Below the pieces are notes generated by a model. The model was not told where the DNA came from and did no database searches. It saw nothing but the letters and a program-made list of their open reading frames with translations. From Acidimicrobiaceae bacterium (GTDB taxonomy: Bacteria > Actinomycetota > Acidimicrobiia > Acidimicrobiales > Aldehydirespiratoraceae), in contig JAPOQG010000049.1 in the NCBI GenBank assembly GCA_026710865.1, positions 1 through 52,580 on the forward strand: a DNA stretch of 52,580 bases, read 5' to 3'. Positions within the stretch are counted from its first letter, which is position 1. Each line of letters begins with the position of its first letter. The position numbers and the translations under genes were made by a program. Positions 37,490 to 46,748 of this stretch are shown here, piece after piece.

Positions 37490-38584
37490 CTAGGCGCGGC
37501 GGCGCCTGCGCCAGGCCCGGACGGCCAGGACGGCCGTGACCAGGGACCCCGCCACCAGCACCACCGCCCCGGCCAGCAGCAGCTCCTGGCGGCGCCGGGC
37601 CGGCAGCGACTCCAGCGGCCCGGGCTCGTGGGAGACCACCCAGGCCTCCTCGTTGGTGTAGGCCGCCCGCCAGCCGAGAGCCCGCAGCCGGTCGTTGGCG
37701 ACAACCCACGGATGGATGGTGTAGGGCACGACCCCCGGCGGCGTCGGAGCCCACCCCGAGCGCCAGCGCAGCGCGCTCAACAGCCGCGCCAGATGCGACC
37801 GGACCCGCAGGCGCGGCCGCGGCCCCTCCAACTCGGCGAGGGTGTCGGGAGGGATCCAGCCGTCGGGGGCCACGTTGAGGATCCCGTCGTAGCGGGCGTT
37901 CACCGCAGTGACCACGGCCGCGGCCAAGTCGTCGGCGTGGAGGTACTGGACCGGGGGACCGCCGTCGGCGGCAAGGCCGGACCGGGCGGCCCGCAGCGTG
38001 TGGGCGAGCCGTCCCAAGCGGGCCTCGGCGACCACGGCCGCCGGTCGCAGCACGGTGACCGAGCGTCCCGGTCCCGTCGCCCATTGCTGGGCCAGCCCCT
38101 CGAGTCGGTGCCGCTGGACTGCCCAGTCGAAGTCGGGGATCGGGCGGACCGTGGCGTCCTCGGTGATGGGGACCGGGTTGTCCCTCCAGGCGCCGTAGAC
38201 CATGGCCGACGACATGACGACCAGATGGGGGACACCCGCGGAGCTCGCCGCGTCCAGCACCCGGCGCAGCAGGGCCGCCTCCAGCTCGACCTCGGCCGGG
38301 TTCAGTGTGCCCGCGGTCGCGGTGGAGGCCAGGTGCACCACCGAGTCGGCTCCCGAGAACAGGGCGCCCAAGTCGGCATCCGCCAGGTCGGCCTGCTTGG
38401 TCGTGACCGAGTTGTAGGGAGCCGGGGAGGCCTCCTTGTCGATGGCGACCACGGCCACGGACGGCTGCTGGCCGGCCAGCCGGATGACGACGCGCCGTCC
38501 CACCGAGCCGTGGGCGCCCGTCACCACCACCCGCGCCGGCCGGTACCCGCCGCCATTCGAGCCGCGGCCCGGCGGTGGGGTCAC
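37490..38584 (-). CDS. NAD-dependent epimerase/dehydratase family protein
   Basis: VTGAHGSVG, VVHLA, SSAMVYGA; C-terminal TM segment. Confidence 0.85.
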   Translation of the reverse strand: MTPPPGRGSNGGGYRPARVVVTGAHGSVGRRVVIRLAGQQPSVAVVAIDKEASPAPYNSVTTKQADLADADLGALFSGADSVVHLASTATAGTLNPAEVELEAALLRRVLDAASSAGVPHLVVMSSAMVYGAWRDNPVPITEDATVRPIPDFDWAVQRHRLEGLAQQWATGPGRSVTVLRPAAVVAEARLGRLAHTLRAARSGLAADGGPPVQYLHADDLAAAVVTAVNARYDGILNVAPDGWIPPDTLAELEGPRPRLRVRSHLARLLSALRWRSGWAPTPPGVVPYTIHPWVVANDRLRALGWRAAYTNEEAWVVSHEPGPLESLPARRRQELLLAGAVVLVAGSLVTAVLAVRAWRRRRRA

Positions 38585-38627
38585 GGCTGGCGGGTCATTC
38601 CGGGCTGCACCCCCCTACGATGCCTCC

Positions 38628-39926
38628 ATGAGCGAGGTGCCGCCAACCGGAGACAGCCCCGACGATCCATTCGAGGGGCTGGAGGGGTTCGAGGGGTTGG
38701 AGGACCTCTTCGAGGCCAGCGGCCTGGGCGAACCGGGCTCCACCGGCGAATCCGGCGCCGGAGGCGGGCCGGGCGACCTGGGCGACATGCCCGTGATCGG
38801 AGACCTGATGCGGGTCCTGCAGGGGGCGGCGCCCGGGTCCAGCCATGCCCGCGAGGTGGCTCGGGCCATCGCCTCGGGCGGATCCTCGGAGCCCAATATC
38901 GACCCCACCGACCGGATCGCTCTGGAGCAGCTCGTGCGGGTGGCCGAACTGAGGGTCACCGACGCAACCGGTCTTCGGCCGTCGCGGGGCGCCCCGCTGC
39001 GGGTCGAGGTCGTCAACCGGGTCGGTTGGTCCGATCGCACCACCGGCGACTACGGGGAACTGTTCGACGCCCTGGGAGAGTCGATCGGCGCCGGAGGAGA
39101 CCCCGACCCCGACGACGCCGACCCCATGACATCCATGCTCGCGGGCCTCACCCGCATGATCGGACCGGCGATGCTGTCGCTGACCACCGGAGCGATGGTG
39201 GGTCGTCTGGCCCAGCACGCTCTGGGCGGCTACGTGCTGCCCGTGCCGCGGCCGCCCGGCAAGCCGATGCTGATCGCGTTGCCGAACGTGGAGCAGTTCG
39301 GTCGGCAGTGGTCCCTCGACCCTGACGACCTCCGCTTGTGGGTGTGCCTGCACGAGGCCCTCTACCACGCCGTCTTCGGGGTCGACCATGTGCGCGACGC
39401 CGTCCGCGACCTGCTGCTGCGCCACGCGTCCTCCTTCGAGACGAACCCCCGCCGCCTGGAGGAGATGCTGGACGACTTCGACCCCATCTCGGGCGGCCCC
39501 GAGGCCCTCGCCGAGCTCCAGCAGGCGATCGGCAGCCCCGACGCCATCCTGGGAGCGGTGCGCTCCGAGGTCCAGGAGGCGCTGCTGCCCCGGATGACGG
39601 CACTGGTCGCGGCCATCAGCGGATTCGTCGACCACACCATGGACCACATAGGAGCCCAGTTGATCGGCTCCTACGACCGGCTCGCCGAGGCTCTGCGGCG
39701 CCACCGGGTGGAGACCAGCGAGTCCGACCGCTTCGTGGAGCGGCTGCTCGGCCTGGAGCTCGACCAGGACCAGTACGAGCGGGGCGCCGCGTTCGCCGCG
39801 GGGGTGGTGGAGCGGGCCGGGCACGACGGGCTGCGACGGCTGTTCACCGATCCGGCCAACCTGCCCACGCCGGCCGAGGTGGACGCGGCCGGGCTCTGGC
39901 TGGCCCGGATCGACCTGCCGCGCTGA
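38628..39926 (+). CDS. Zincin-like putative zinc metalloprotease (actinobacterial family)
   Basis: RLWVCLHEALYHAVF, LLGLEL, NLPTPAEV; likely start ATG 38628. Confidence 0.8.
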   Translation: MSEVPPTGDSPDDPFEGLEGFEGLEDLFEASGLGEPGSTGESGAGGGPGDLGDMPVIGDLMRVLQGAAPGSSHAREVARAIASGGSSEPNIDPTDRIALEQLVRVAELRVTDATGLRPSRGAPLRVEVVNRVGWSDRTTGDYGELFDALGESIGAGGDPDPDDADPMTSMLAGLTRMIGPAMLSLTTGAMVGRLAQHALGGYVLPVPRPPGKPMLIALPNVEQFGRQWSLDPDDLRLWVCLHEALYHAVFGVDHVRDAVRDLLLRHASSFETNPRRLEEMLDDFDPISGGPEALAELQQAIGSPDAILGAVRSEVQEALLPRMTALVAAISGFVDHTMDHIGAQLIGSYDRLAEALRRHRVETSESDRFVERLLGLELDQDQYERGAAFAAGVVERAGHDGLRRLFTDPANLPTPAEVDAAGLWLARIDLPR

Positions 39927-39964
39927 GATCGGCCCGGGAGTCCCTTCCGGGGGTCTCCCGAATG

Positions 39965-41293
39965 TCACGGGTCGTCGCCGCGGTCGCCGCGACGGCGCAG
40001 ATTGCCGCGAACCGCGATGCGGCGGCGTCCGACGATGAACGAGACCACCGCGAAGGCGGCCAGCGCCGCCACGAACCCCGAGCCCAGCCGCACCGGTATC
40101 GGCAGGATCACCGGAATGAAGGCCCCGACCACCCAGGCGACCTGGAAGCGCGCCTCGAACCGGGCGAACGACCGTCCGTGGTTGGCGTCGGGGGCGTCGC
40201 GCTGCACCAGCGAGTCGAAGGCGAGCCGGGCCACCGCGGCGGCCAGGGCCACCCCGCCCGACAGCAGCGCCATTCCCATCAGCCCTCCGGTCATCGACCC
40301 CAGGACGGCCGCCACCAGACCCAGTCCCAGCGCCCCGAGCAGCATCAGCTCCTCCACCACGCTGCGCCGCAGGATGGGGGCGACCTGCACCCCGGTGAAG
40401 GCCGAGAGGCCGGCCACCGCCACCACGACCGCGTACTGCCAGGCCGGAGCGCCCGGATCGCCGACTATGTCGATGCCCCGCTCCGCGGCCACCGCCCCGC
40501 CGAGCGCGGCCCCCTGCTGGCTCACGTCCAGGCCCTCCTCGCCGCCGCGCAGCTCGAAGGCCAGCAGGAAAGTGACGAAGCCCACCGCGCCCCGCATCAC
40601 CGCCATGGCTGACGCCGACAGCAGGATGGTGGACGCCCGCAGCGCCGAGCGCTCCGTCGAGGTGGCCTTGTTCCGTGCCACCGGGATGCGGGGGAGTTGG
40701 AGGGTGATGGCGGTGGCGACGCCGTAGCCCGCGGTCGCCACACCCGCGGCGACCGCCGGGCTGCCCAGGAAGACCAGGGCGGCGCCCACACCCGCCCCGA
40801 GGAGGCTCATCACCGCGCTGATGAGGGCCAGGCGGCTGTTGGCCTGCACCAGGTTCGACTCCGACGGCACGTAACGGGGCACCACTGCGCTCTTGGCCAC
40901 CGCGTAGCTCTTCTGCAGCACCAGCAGCGCGAAGGCCTCCGGGAACAGCCACAGGGTGTCGATGTGGCGGATCATGAGCAGGGCCACCACCAGCCGGCCC
41001 ACGTTGGTGACGAGGATCATGGCCCGGCGCCCGCCCGGCATCCGGTCGATGATCGGGCCTATCAGCGGAGTGACCAGCGCGAACGGCGCCATGGTGAGGG
41101 CCAGGTACAGGGCTATCCGGTCCCGGGCCGCGTCGGGGCTGATGGAGAAGAAGATCGATCCGGCCAGGGCGACCGCGATGACCGCGTCGGTTGAGGTGGC
41201 CGCGGCGTGGACCCGGGCCAGGCGTTGGAAGGGGCTGAACCCCGGCGCGGGGCGCGGCGGCTGCCCCCAGTCACTTACGCCGTCGTGGGCCAC
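39965..41293 (-). CDS. MFS transporter
   Basis: ALAGSIFF, TMAPFALVTPLIGPIIDR, FDSLVQRDAPD; ~12 TM segments. Confidence 0.85.
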   Translation of the reverse strand: MAHDGVSDWGQPPRPAPGFSPFQRLARVHAAATSTDAVIAVALAGSIFFSISPDAARDRIALYLALTMAPFALVTPLIGPIIDRMPGGRRAMILVTNVGRLVVALLMIRHIDTLWLFPEAFALLVLQKSYAVAKSAVVPRYVPSESNLVQANSRLALISAVMSLLGAGVGAALVFLGSPAVAAGVATAGYGVATAITLQLPRIPVARNKATSTERSALRASTILLSASAMAVMRGAVGFVTFLLAFELRGGEEGLDVSQQGAALGGAVAAERGIDIVGDPGAPAWQYAVVVAVAGLSAFTGVQVAPILRRSVVEELMLLGALGLGLVAAVLGSMTGGLMGMALLSGGVALAAAVARLAFDSLVQRDAPDANHGRSFARFEARFQVAWVVGAFIPVILPIPVRLGSGFVAALAAFAVVSFIVGRRRIAVRGNLRRRGDRGDDP

Positions 41294-41297
41294 CCGC

Positions 41298-43391
41298 TCA
41301 TGGTAGGACCCGCTCAACTGGGTGAGCCCGGTTCATGGCCAACTGCTGGAGCCTCACATGGGGGTCGTCGTCGGCGCCGCCGCAGCGGGTCCATACCCCG
41401 TCGGAGTCGAGAGTCCAGGCGAGGCGCTCGTCGGACAGGCACACCTCGGCCACCTCCAGCACCCGGGCGGCCAGCGCTTGATCGTCCACCCGCACCAGGG
41501 CCTCTATGCGCCGGTCGAGGTTGCGGGGGAGCAGGTCGGCGGAGCCGATGTAGGTGGCGGGGCTGCCCGGGCCGTCGCCGTTGGCGAAGTGGTAGATGCG
41601 GGAGTGCTCCAGGAACCGTCCCACGATCGAGCGGACCCGGATGCGCTCCGACAGGCCGGGCACACCGGGCCGCAGGCTGCAGAGGCCCCGCACGACCAGG
41701 TCGATCTCCACGCCGGCCTGCGACGCCTTGTAGAGGTGGTCGATCATCGATCCGTCGGCCAGCGAGTTCAGCTTCAGGATGATGCGGCCACCGCCGGGCA
41801 TGTGCGCCTCCTGCTCGATCAGCTCGGCCAGGCGGGTGCGCAGCTGCTCGGGCGCGGTGATGAGGCGCTTGTGGTCGACGCTGCGGCCGTAGCCGGTGAG
41901 CCGGTTGAAGAGACCGGCGATGTCCGCGCCGACCTCGGCGTCCGCGGTGAGCAGGCCGAAGTCCTCGTAGAGCCGGGCGGTCCGGTGGTTGTAGTTGCCG
42001 GTGCCGACGTGGCAGTAGCGGCGGATGCCGTCGGACTCCTCGCGCACGATCATGGCGATCTTGGCGTGGATCTTGAGGCCGACGAGTCCGTAGGCGACGT
42101 GGGCACCCGCCCGCTCCAGCCGTTTGGCCCAGCTGATGTTGCGAGCCTCGTCGAACCGGGCCTTCAACTCCACGAGCACGGCCACCTGCTTGCCGCTCTC
42201 GGCCGCCTCCACCAGCGAGTCGATGATGGGGCTGTCGCCCGACGTGCGGTACAGCGTGAGCTTGATGGCGAGCACCGCCGGGTCGGCAGAGGCCTGGTGG
42301 ATCAACTCGCCCACCGAGCGGCTGAACGACGAGTACGGATGGTGCACGAGCACGTCACCGGACCGCAGCACCTTGAAGAAGTCGGCCCGGCCCTCGTCGC
42401 TCGACAGTTCCGGCTCGGTGATGCCGCTCCAGTGCGGCCACCTGAGCTCGGGCCTCCGCAGGTCGGCGATCTCGTTCAGTCCGCTCAGATCGACCGGACC
42501 CCGGATGCGGTCGACCGCGCCGGCGGTCAGCTGGAGCTCCCGCAGCAGCAGTTCGAGCAGCTCCTCCGACATCGAGTCGGCCACCTCGAGGCGGATCGCC
42601 CACTGGAAGCGGCGGCGGCGCAGCTCCATCTCAACCGCGATCAGCAGGTCCTCGGCGTCCTCGTCGTTGAGGGTGAGGTCGGCGTTGCGGGTGACCCGGA
42701 AGGCGTGGTGCTCCAGCAGCACCATGCCCGGGAAGAGCATGTCGAGATGGGCGGCGATGACGTCCTCGAGGGCGACGAACCGGTTGGTCCCCTCGGCGGC
42801 GGGAACCCACCGGGCGAGGGTGTTGGGGACCTTCACCCGGGCGAAGCGACGCTCGGAGTCGACGGGGTCGCGCATGAGCACGGCCAGGTTCAGCGACAGG
42901 TCCGAGATGAACGGGAAGGGGTGGCCGGGGTCGACGGCCAGCGGGGTGAGCACCGGGAAGACCCGCTCCTCGAAGTGCTTGCGGAGCTGGTCGCGCTCCC
43001 GCGGTTCGAGGTCGGCGACCGAGAGCAGGTGGATTCCTTCGGCCGCAAGCTCGGGCTGCACGTGCTCGAGGAACAGGCGCTGCTGCTCGCAGCACAGCTC
43101 CGACGTGACCTGGCGGACCTCGCGGAGCTGCTCGGCCGGGGTGTGCCCGTCGAGGCTGCGCTCGGTGAGCTCGGCGGCCACCCGGTCGGCGAGGCCCGAC
43201 ACGCGGACCTGGAAGAACTCGTCGAGGTTGGTGGAGAAGATGCTCAGGTACCGGGCCCGCTCCAGCAGCGGCACCTCCGGGTCGCCGGCGAGGCTCAGAA
43301 CCCGGGCGTTGAAGGCGAGCCAGGACAGTTCCCGGCTGAAGTAGTCAGTGAAGGGCCGGCCCCATCCGCCGACGCGCGTGATGGGCGACAC
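41298..43391 (-). CDS. ppk1: Polyphosphate kinase 1
   Basis: RELSWLAFNARVL, NLDEFFQVRV, ELKARFDE, LKIHAK, GTGNYN, GRFLEHSR. Confidence 0.97.
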   Translation of the reverse strand: MSPITRVGGWGRPFTDYFSRELSWLAFNARVLSLAGDPEVPLLERARYLSIFSTNLDEFFQVRVSGLADRVAAELTERSLDGHTPAEQLREVRQVTSELCCEQQRLFLEHVQPELAAEGIHLLSVADLEPRERDQLRKHFEERVFPVLTPLAVDPGHPFPFISDLSLNLAVLMRDPVDSERRFARVKVPNTLARWVPAAEGTNRFVALEDVIAAHLDMLFPGMVLLEHHAFRVTRNADLTLNDEDAEDLLIAVEMELRRRRFQWAIRLEVADSMSEELLELLLRELQLTAGAVDRIRGPVDLSGLNEIADLRRPELRWPHWSGITEPELSSDEGRADFFKVLRSGDVLVHHPYSSFSRSVGELIHQASADPAVLAIKLTLYRTSGDSPIIDSLVEAAESGKQVAVLVELKARFDEARNISWAKRLERAGAHVAYGLVGLKIHAKIAMIVREESDGIRRYCHVGTGNYNHRTARLYEDFGLLTADAEVGADIAGLFNRLTGYGRSVDHKRLITAPEQLRTRLAELIEQEAHMPGGGRIILKLNSLADGSMIDHLYKASQAGVEIDLVVRGLCSLRPGVPGLSERIRVRSIVGRFLEHSRIYHFANGDGPGSPATYIGSADLLPRNLDRRIEALVRVDDQALAARVLEVAEVCLSDERLAWTLDSDGVWTRCGGADDDPHVRLQQLAMNRAHPVERVLP

Positions 43392-43414
43392 GCCGTCACC
43401 TGACCGAGCCGCGG

Positions 43415-43714
43415 TCAGGCCCGCTCCCGGTGGGAGTAGGCGTCCTCTTCCTCGGGGTAGCCCAGGTCCCAGTCCACGATGATGCGCTCGCGCTCGGCGT
43501 CGCGGTTGACCCGCTCGCGGTTGCGCCGGAACTGGGGATCGTGGGGGGGCAGCAGCAGCAGGCGGGCGTGGACCCGGTCGCGGAAGGCGGCCATGAAGTC
43601 GGTGTCGCCGTAGACTGGCCGGATCTCCCAGTGGGGCGCGACCGGACCGAGGTAGGTGATGGTGGCCTGACCTACCGGCGGCTCGTCTACCGCTTCAACG
43701 TCGGTGACCGTCAT
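43415..43714 (-). CDS. Hypothetical protein
   Basis: GGAGG RBS, co-oriented in the tatA-ppk1 run, protein-like composition. Confidence 0.7.
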   Translation of the reverse strand: MTVTDVEAVDEPPVGQATITYLGPVAPHWEIRPVYGDTDFMAAFRDRVHARLLLLPPHDPQFRRNRERVNRDAERERIIVDWDLGYPEEEDAYSHRERA

Positions 43715-43741
43715 GACACCCTCCGCCTCGGGGCGAGGCCC

Positions 43742-43990
43742 TCAGGCAGAGCCGTTCTTGCCCGGAGCGCCCTTGCTGCTGTCGCTGCCGGTGGCCTTGC
43801 TTGCGCCCTCGGAACCGTCGCCCTCGTTGGCGCTCTCGCTCAGACCGTCCTTGAACTCCTTCTGGGCCTGGCCCAGCGAGCGTGCGAGCTTGGGGAGCTT
43901 CGCCCCTCCGAACACCAGCAGGACGAGGACGAGAATGATGATGAGCTCAGGTGTACCGATGCTGGGCACGATCGAGTAGATGTTCGTCAT
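43742..43990 (-). CDS. tatA: Twin-arginine translocase TatA/E subunit
   Basis: IGTPELIIILVLVLLVFGGAKLPKLARSLGQAQKEFK. Confidence 0.95.
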   Translation of the reverse strand: MTNIYSIVPSIGTPELIIILVLVLLVFGGAKLPKLARSLGQAQKEFKDGLSESANEGDGSEGASKATGSDSSKGAPGKNGSA

Positions 43991-44068
43991 CGCCGGGAAG
44001 CATACCGCGCTTTTTCCACAGCCGCATCCCTGGCCTGCGGCTCGGGACTTGGCTGGGGCCGGTCGTGC

Positions 44069-44344
44069 CTAGGCGGTGGCGGCCGCTCGGCGCTGCATCG
44101 CCCGGGCGCGCCGTATGCGGCGTCGCTCGCGCTCGCTCATGCCTCCCCAGATGCCGAACTTCTCGCCGTTGTTGAGCGCGAACTCCAAGCACTGGTCGCG
44201 TACCACGCAGCCCCGGCAGACCTCCTTGGCCTCCCGGGTGGATGCGCCCCGCTCGGGGAAGAAGAGGTCGGGATGCACCCCCAGGCAGTTGGCCTCGCGC
44301 TGCCAGGACATGTCTTCTGCGGGAAATATGCCGTGTAGCTCCAT
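44069..44344 (-). CDS. whiB: WhiB-family Fe-S transcription factor (WhiB/WhiB2-like)
   Basis: WQREANC...FFPERGASTREAKEVCRGC...C...GIWGGMSERER. Confidence 0.93.
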   Translation of the reverse strand: MELHGIFPAEDMSWQREANCLGVHPDLFFPERGASTREAKEVCRGCVVRDQCLEFALNNGEKFGIWGGMSERERRRIRRARAMQRRAAATA

Positions 44345-44497
44345 TGGATGTTCCTCCACGATGAGCATTCCGGGCCCCAGCGGTGGGGCTCGAGCCCGGC
44401 CCCGCCCGGGTGCCATCGATGTAATTACACCACTGTCATACGACAAATGCCAACCCGGAGCGCAAGAAATCCTCCCTCCGGTGCCATTCGCTCGGCC

Positions 44498-46567
44498 TCA
44501 GCGGCGGGCCCGCACCAGGCTGCGCTTGTGCTCCACGAAGTCCACGAGCACGTAGTCGCCGAGGTTCTCGTTGGTGGTGAAGAAGGCCCGGCCCCCGTTC
44601 ATCTCGGTGATGCGCTCCACGAAGTTGGTGAGGTACGACGTGGCGTCGAGCATGAACGTGTTGATGCGGATGCCGTCGCGGGTGCACCGGCCGACCTCGG
44701 CCAGGGTGAGATCGACGGTCTCGCGGGTGGGCGGGTAGCTGAAGAAGGGCCGGCCCGACGGGGTGATGTGGGCGGTGGGCTCGCCGTCGGTGATCATGAT
44801 GATCTGCTTGGTGCCGGTCTGGCGGTTGAGCATGCGGCGGGCGAGCATGAAGCCGTGCTGCATGTTGGTGCCGTACACGTAGTCCCATGAGACCTCGGGA
44901 AGCTTCTCGGGCCGGAACTCCCGGGCCACCTCGCTGAACGACACCAGGCCCAGGTAGTCGCGGGGATACTGGCTGGAGATCAGCGCGTGCAGGGCCATGG
45001 CCACCTTCTTGGCCGGCAGGAAGTTGTTGCGCATCGGCATCGACAGCGACAGGTCCAGCATCAGCACAGTCGCTGAGCGGACCTGCTGCTCGGTGCGCTC
45101 GACCTCGAAGTCCTCGGGCTGCAGCTGCACGGGCACGCCGCCGCCGGTGCGGGTCAGGGCGTTGCGGATGGTCCGGCCGATGTGGAGGTTGAAGGCGTCG
45201 CCGAACTCGTAGGGCTTGGTGTCGGGCTCGCGCTCGTGGCCCATCCCCTCCCGGTGGATGGCGTGGCGGCCGAGCTTGTCCGCGTCGAGCTTGGCGAACA
45301 GGTCCCGCAGCGCGCCCAGGCCGATCTTGCGGATGGCTCGGGGGGTGAGGTCGAAGCGGCCCTCGTGATTCTCGATCAGACCGGCCTCCTCCAGCATGCG
45401 AGCCACCTCGGCCATGCGCTCGAGGCTCTCGGCCGAGTCGTCTCCCAGCAGCCGGCGGACGGCCTCGGTGTCGGCCTCGGCCAGGGCGCCGGGGCTGGGC
45501 GAGCCCCGCAGCAGGTTCTCCAGCTGGTCGATGTCCCCCAGCTCGGACAGCATGTCGGTTGCGTCGCTGAAGTCGAGCGGGTCCGCGCCGCCGAACTCGT
45601 AGCGCCGGTCCCAGTTGAGATCAGGGAACTCGTTGCGGAGGTGTCCGGCCAGCTCGTTCATCTGCCAGTTGAGGTCCATGTCGGACAGCAGCTGGTCGGA
45701 CAGTTGCTGGAGCTGGTCGCGCTGGGCGGGGGTCATCGAGTTGAGCAGCGACTGGGCTGCGGCCATGCGGCGGGCCATCACCTCCAGGAGCTCGTCGAGG
45801 GTCTTGGGGTTCTCCGGGAAGAAGTCGCCGTAGCGCTCCATGAACCCCTCGAAGTCGGGCTCCTCGCCCCGGGCCCGCTGGGCCAGCATGGCGTTGAGCT
45901 CGGCCAGCATGTCCTTGAGCCGCTGCATCTCCTCCGGCGCCGAGCCCTCGGTGGCGTCATCGACTGCGCCGGCCATGCGGTCCAGGAACTGCTGCATGAG
46001 CTGCTCGCGCAGCTGCTCGGCCAGCTCGGAGAACTGCTGGCGGGCCTCGTCGCTCTCGAAGTCGTAGTTGTCGAGGGCCTTGAACTGGCCGGCCAGGTCG
46101 GGGGGCAGCATGTCGAGCTGGAGGTTCTTGGCGGCTGCGGTCTGGGCGGTGAGGTCGGCCCGGCGCTCGTCGCCTTCGGCCCGGGCCTGGGCCGCGGCCG
46201 CGTCCAGCCCGTCCAGCGCCCGGCGCTCGGTGCGGACCACATCGCGCAGGGACTCGGCGATGTCGTCGTACACGCCGCCGAGGTCGTGATTCTCCAGCAG
46301 CTCGCGGCGACGCTCCCGCAGCCGCTCGAGCATCTCGCGCAGGCCCTCGATCCTGCGGCCCGAACGGTCCTCGAACCCGTCGGCCATGAGACGGCGCAGC
46401 GCACTGGCGAGATCGCCGTGGTAGAGCAGGTCGTCGGCCAGCTCATCGAAGATCGAGTCGGCGTCGAGGTCGAAGCCGGTCTGGGTGCCGTCCCAGCGCC
46501 AGTAGGCGAAGTGGGCCGGCTCGGGCTGCGCCCGCAGACGGCGGAGCCAACGCTTGGGCAGAGCCAT
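44498..46567 (-). CDS. VWA-domain protein (Rv0959-like partner of AAA+ ATPase)
   Basis: YWRWDGTQ N-terminus, MIDAS DLSLSM, ITDGEPTAH. Confidence 0.88.
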   Translation of the reverse strand: MALPKRWLRRLRAQPEPAHFAYWRWDGTQTGFDLDADSIFDELADDLLYHGDLASALRRLMADGFEDRSGRRIEGLREMLERLRERRRELLENHDLGGVYDDIAESLRDVVRTERRALDGLDAAAAQARAEGDERRADLTAQTAAAKNLQLDMLPPDLAGQFKALDNYDFESDEARQQFSELAEQLREQLMQQFLDRMAGAVDDATEGSAPEEMQRLKDMLAELNAMLAQRARGEEPDFEGFMERYGDFFPENPKTLDELLEVMARRMAAAQSLLNSMTPAQRDQLQQLSDQLLSDMDLNWQMNELAGHLRNEFPDLNWDRRYEFGGADPLDFSDATDMLSELGDIDQLENLLRGSPSPGALAEADTEAVRRLLGDDSAESLERMAEVARMLEEAGLIENHEGRFDLTPRAIRKIGLGALRDLFAKLDADKLGRHAIHREGMGHEREPDTKPYEFGDAFNLHIGRTIRNALTRTGGGVPVQLQPEDFEVERTEQQVRSATVLMLDLSLSMPMRNNFLPAKKVAMALHALISSQYPRDYLGLVSFSEVAREFRPEKLPEVSWDYVYGTNMQHGFMLARRMLNRQTGTKQIIMITDGEPTAHITPSGRPFFSYPPTRETVDLTLAEVGRCTRDGIRINTFMLDATSYLTNFVERITEMNGGRAFFTTNENLGDYVLVDFVEHKRSLVRARR

Positions 46568-46616
46568 GCTCCGACCCTACCCCGGCCCGCTAGCGGGGGC
46601 GGCGGCGGACGCCCCG

Positions 46617-46742
46617 CCGCGAACTGGCAGCAGAATGCACGCATACCGAGCAAAACGCTGCCAATTCCGGACAAGGACCCAGCCCCACCGCGAACTGGCA
46701 GCAGAATGCACGCATACGGAGCAAAACGCTGCCAATTCCGGA
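46617..46742. repeat. Two 55-bp direct repeats, each a REP-like hairpin
   Basis: CCGCGAACTGGCAGCAGAATGCACGCATAC(C/G)GAGCAAAACGCTGCCAATTCCGGA at 46617 and 46688, 16-bp gap; internal stem GAACTGGCAGC/GCTGCCAATTC. Confidence 0.9.
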
Positions 46743-46748
46743 GCGTGG

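Noticed and set aside
46617-46742. Mini CRISPR array
   Set aside because: Only two 55-bp repeats with a 16-bp gap and no cas genes; fits REP-like hairpins better.
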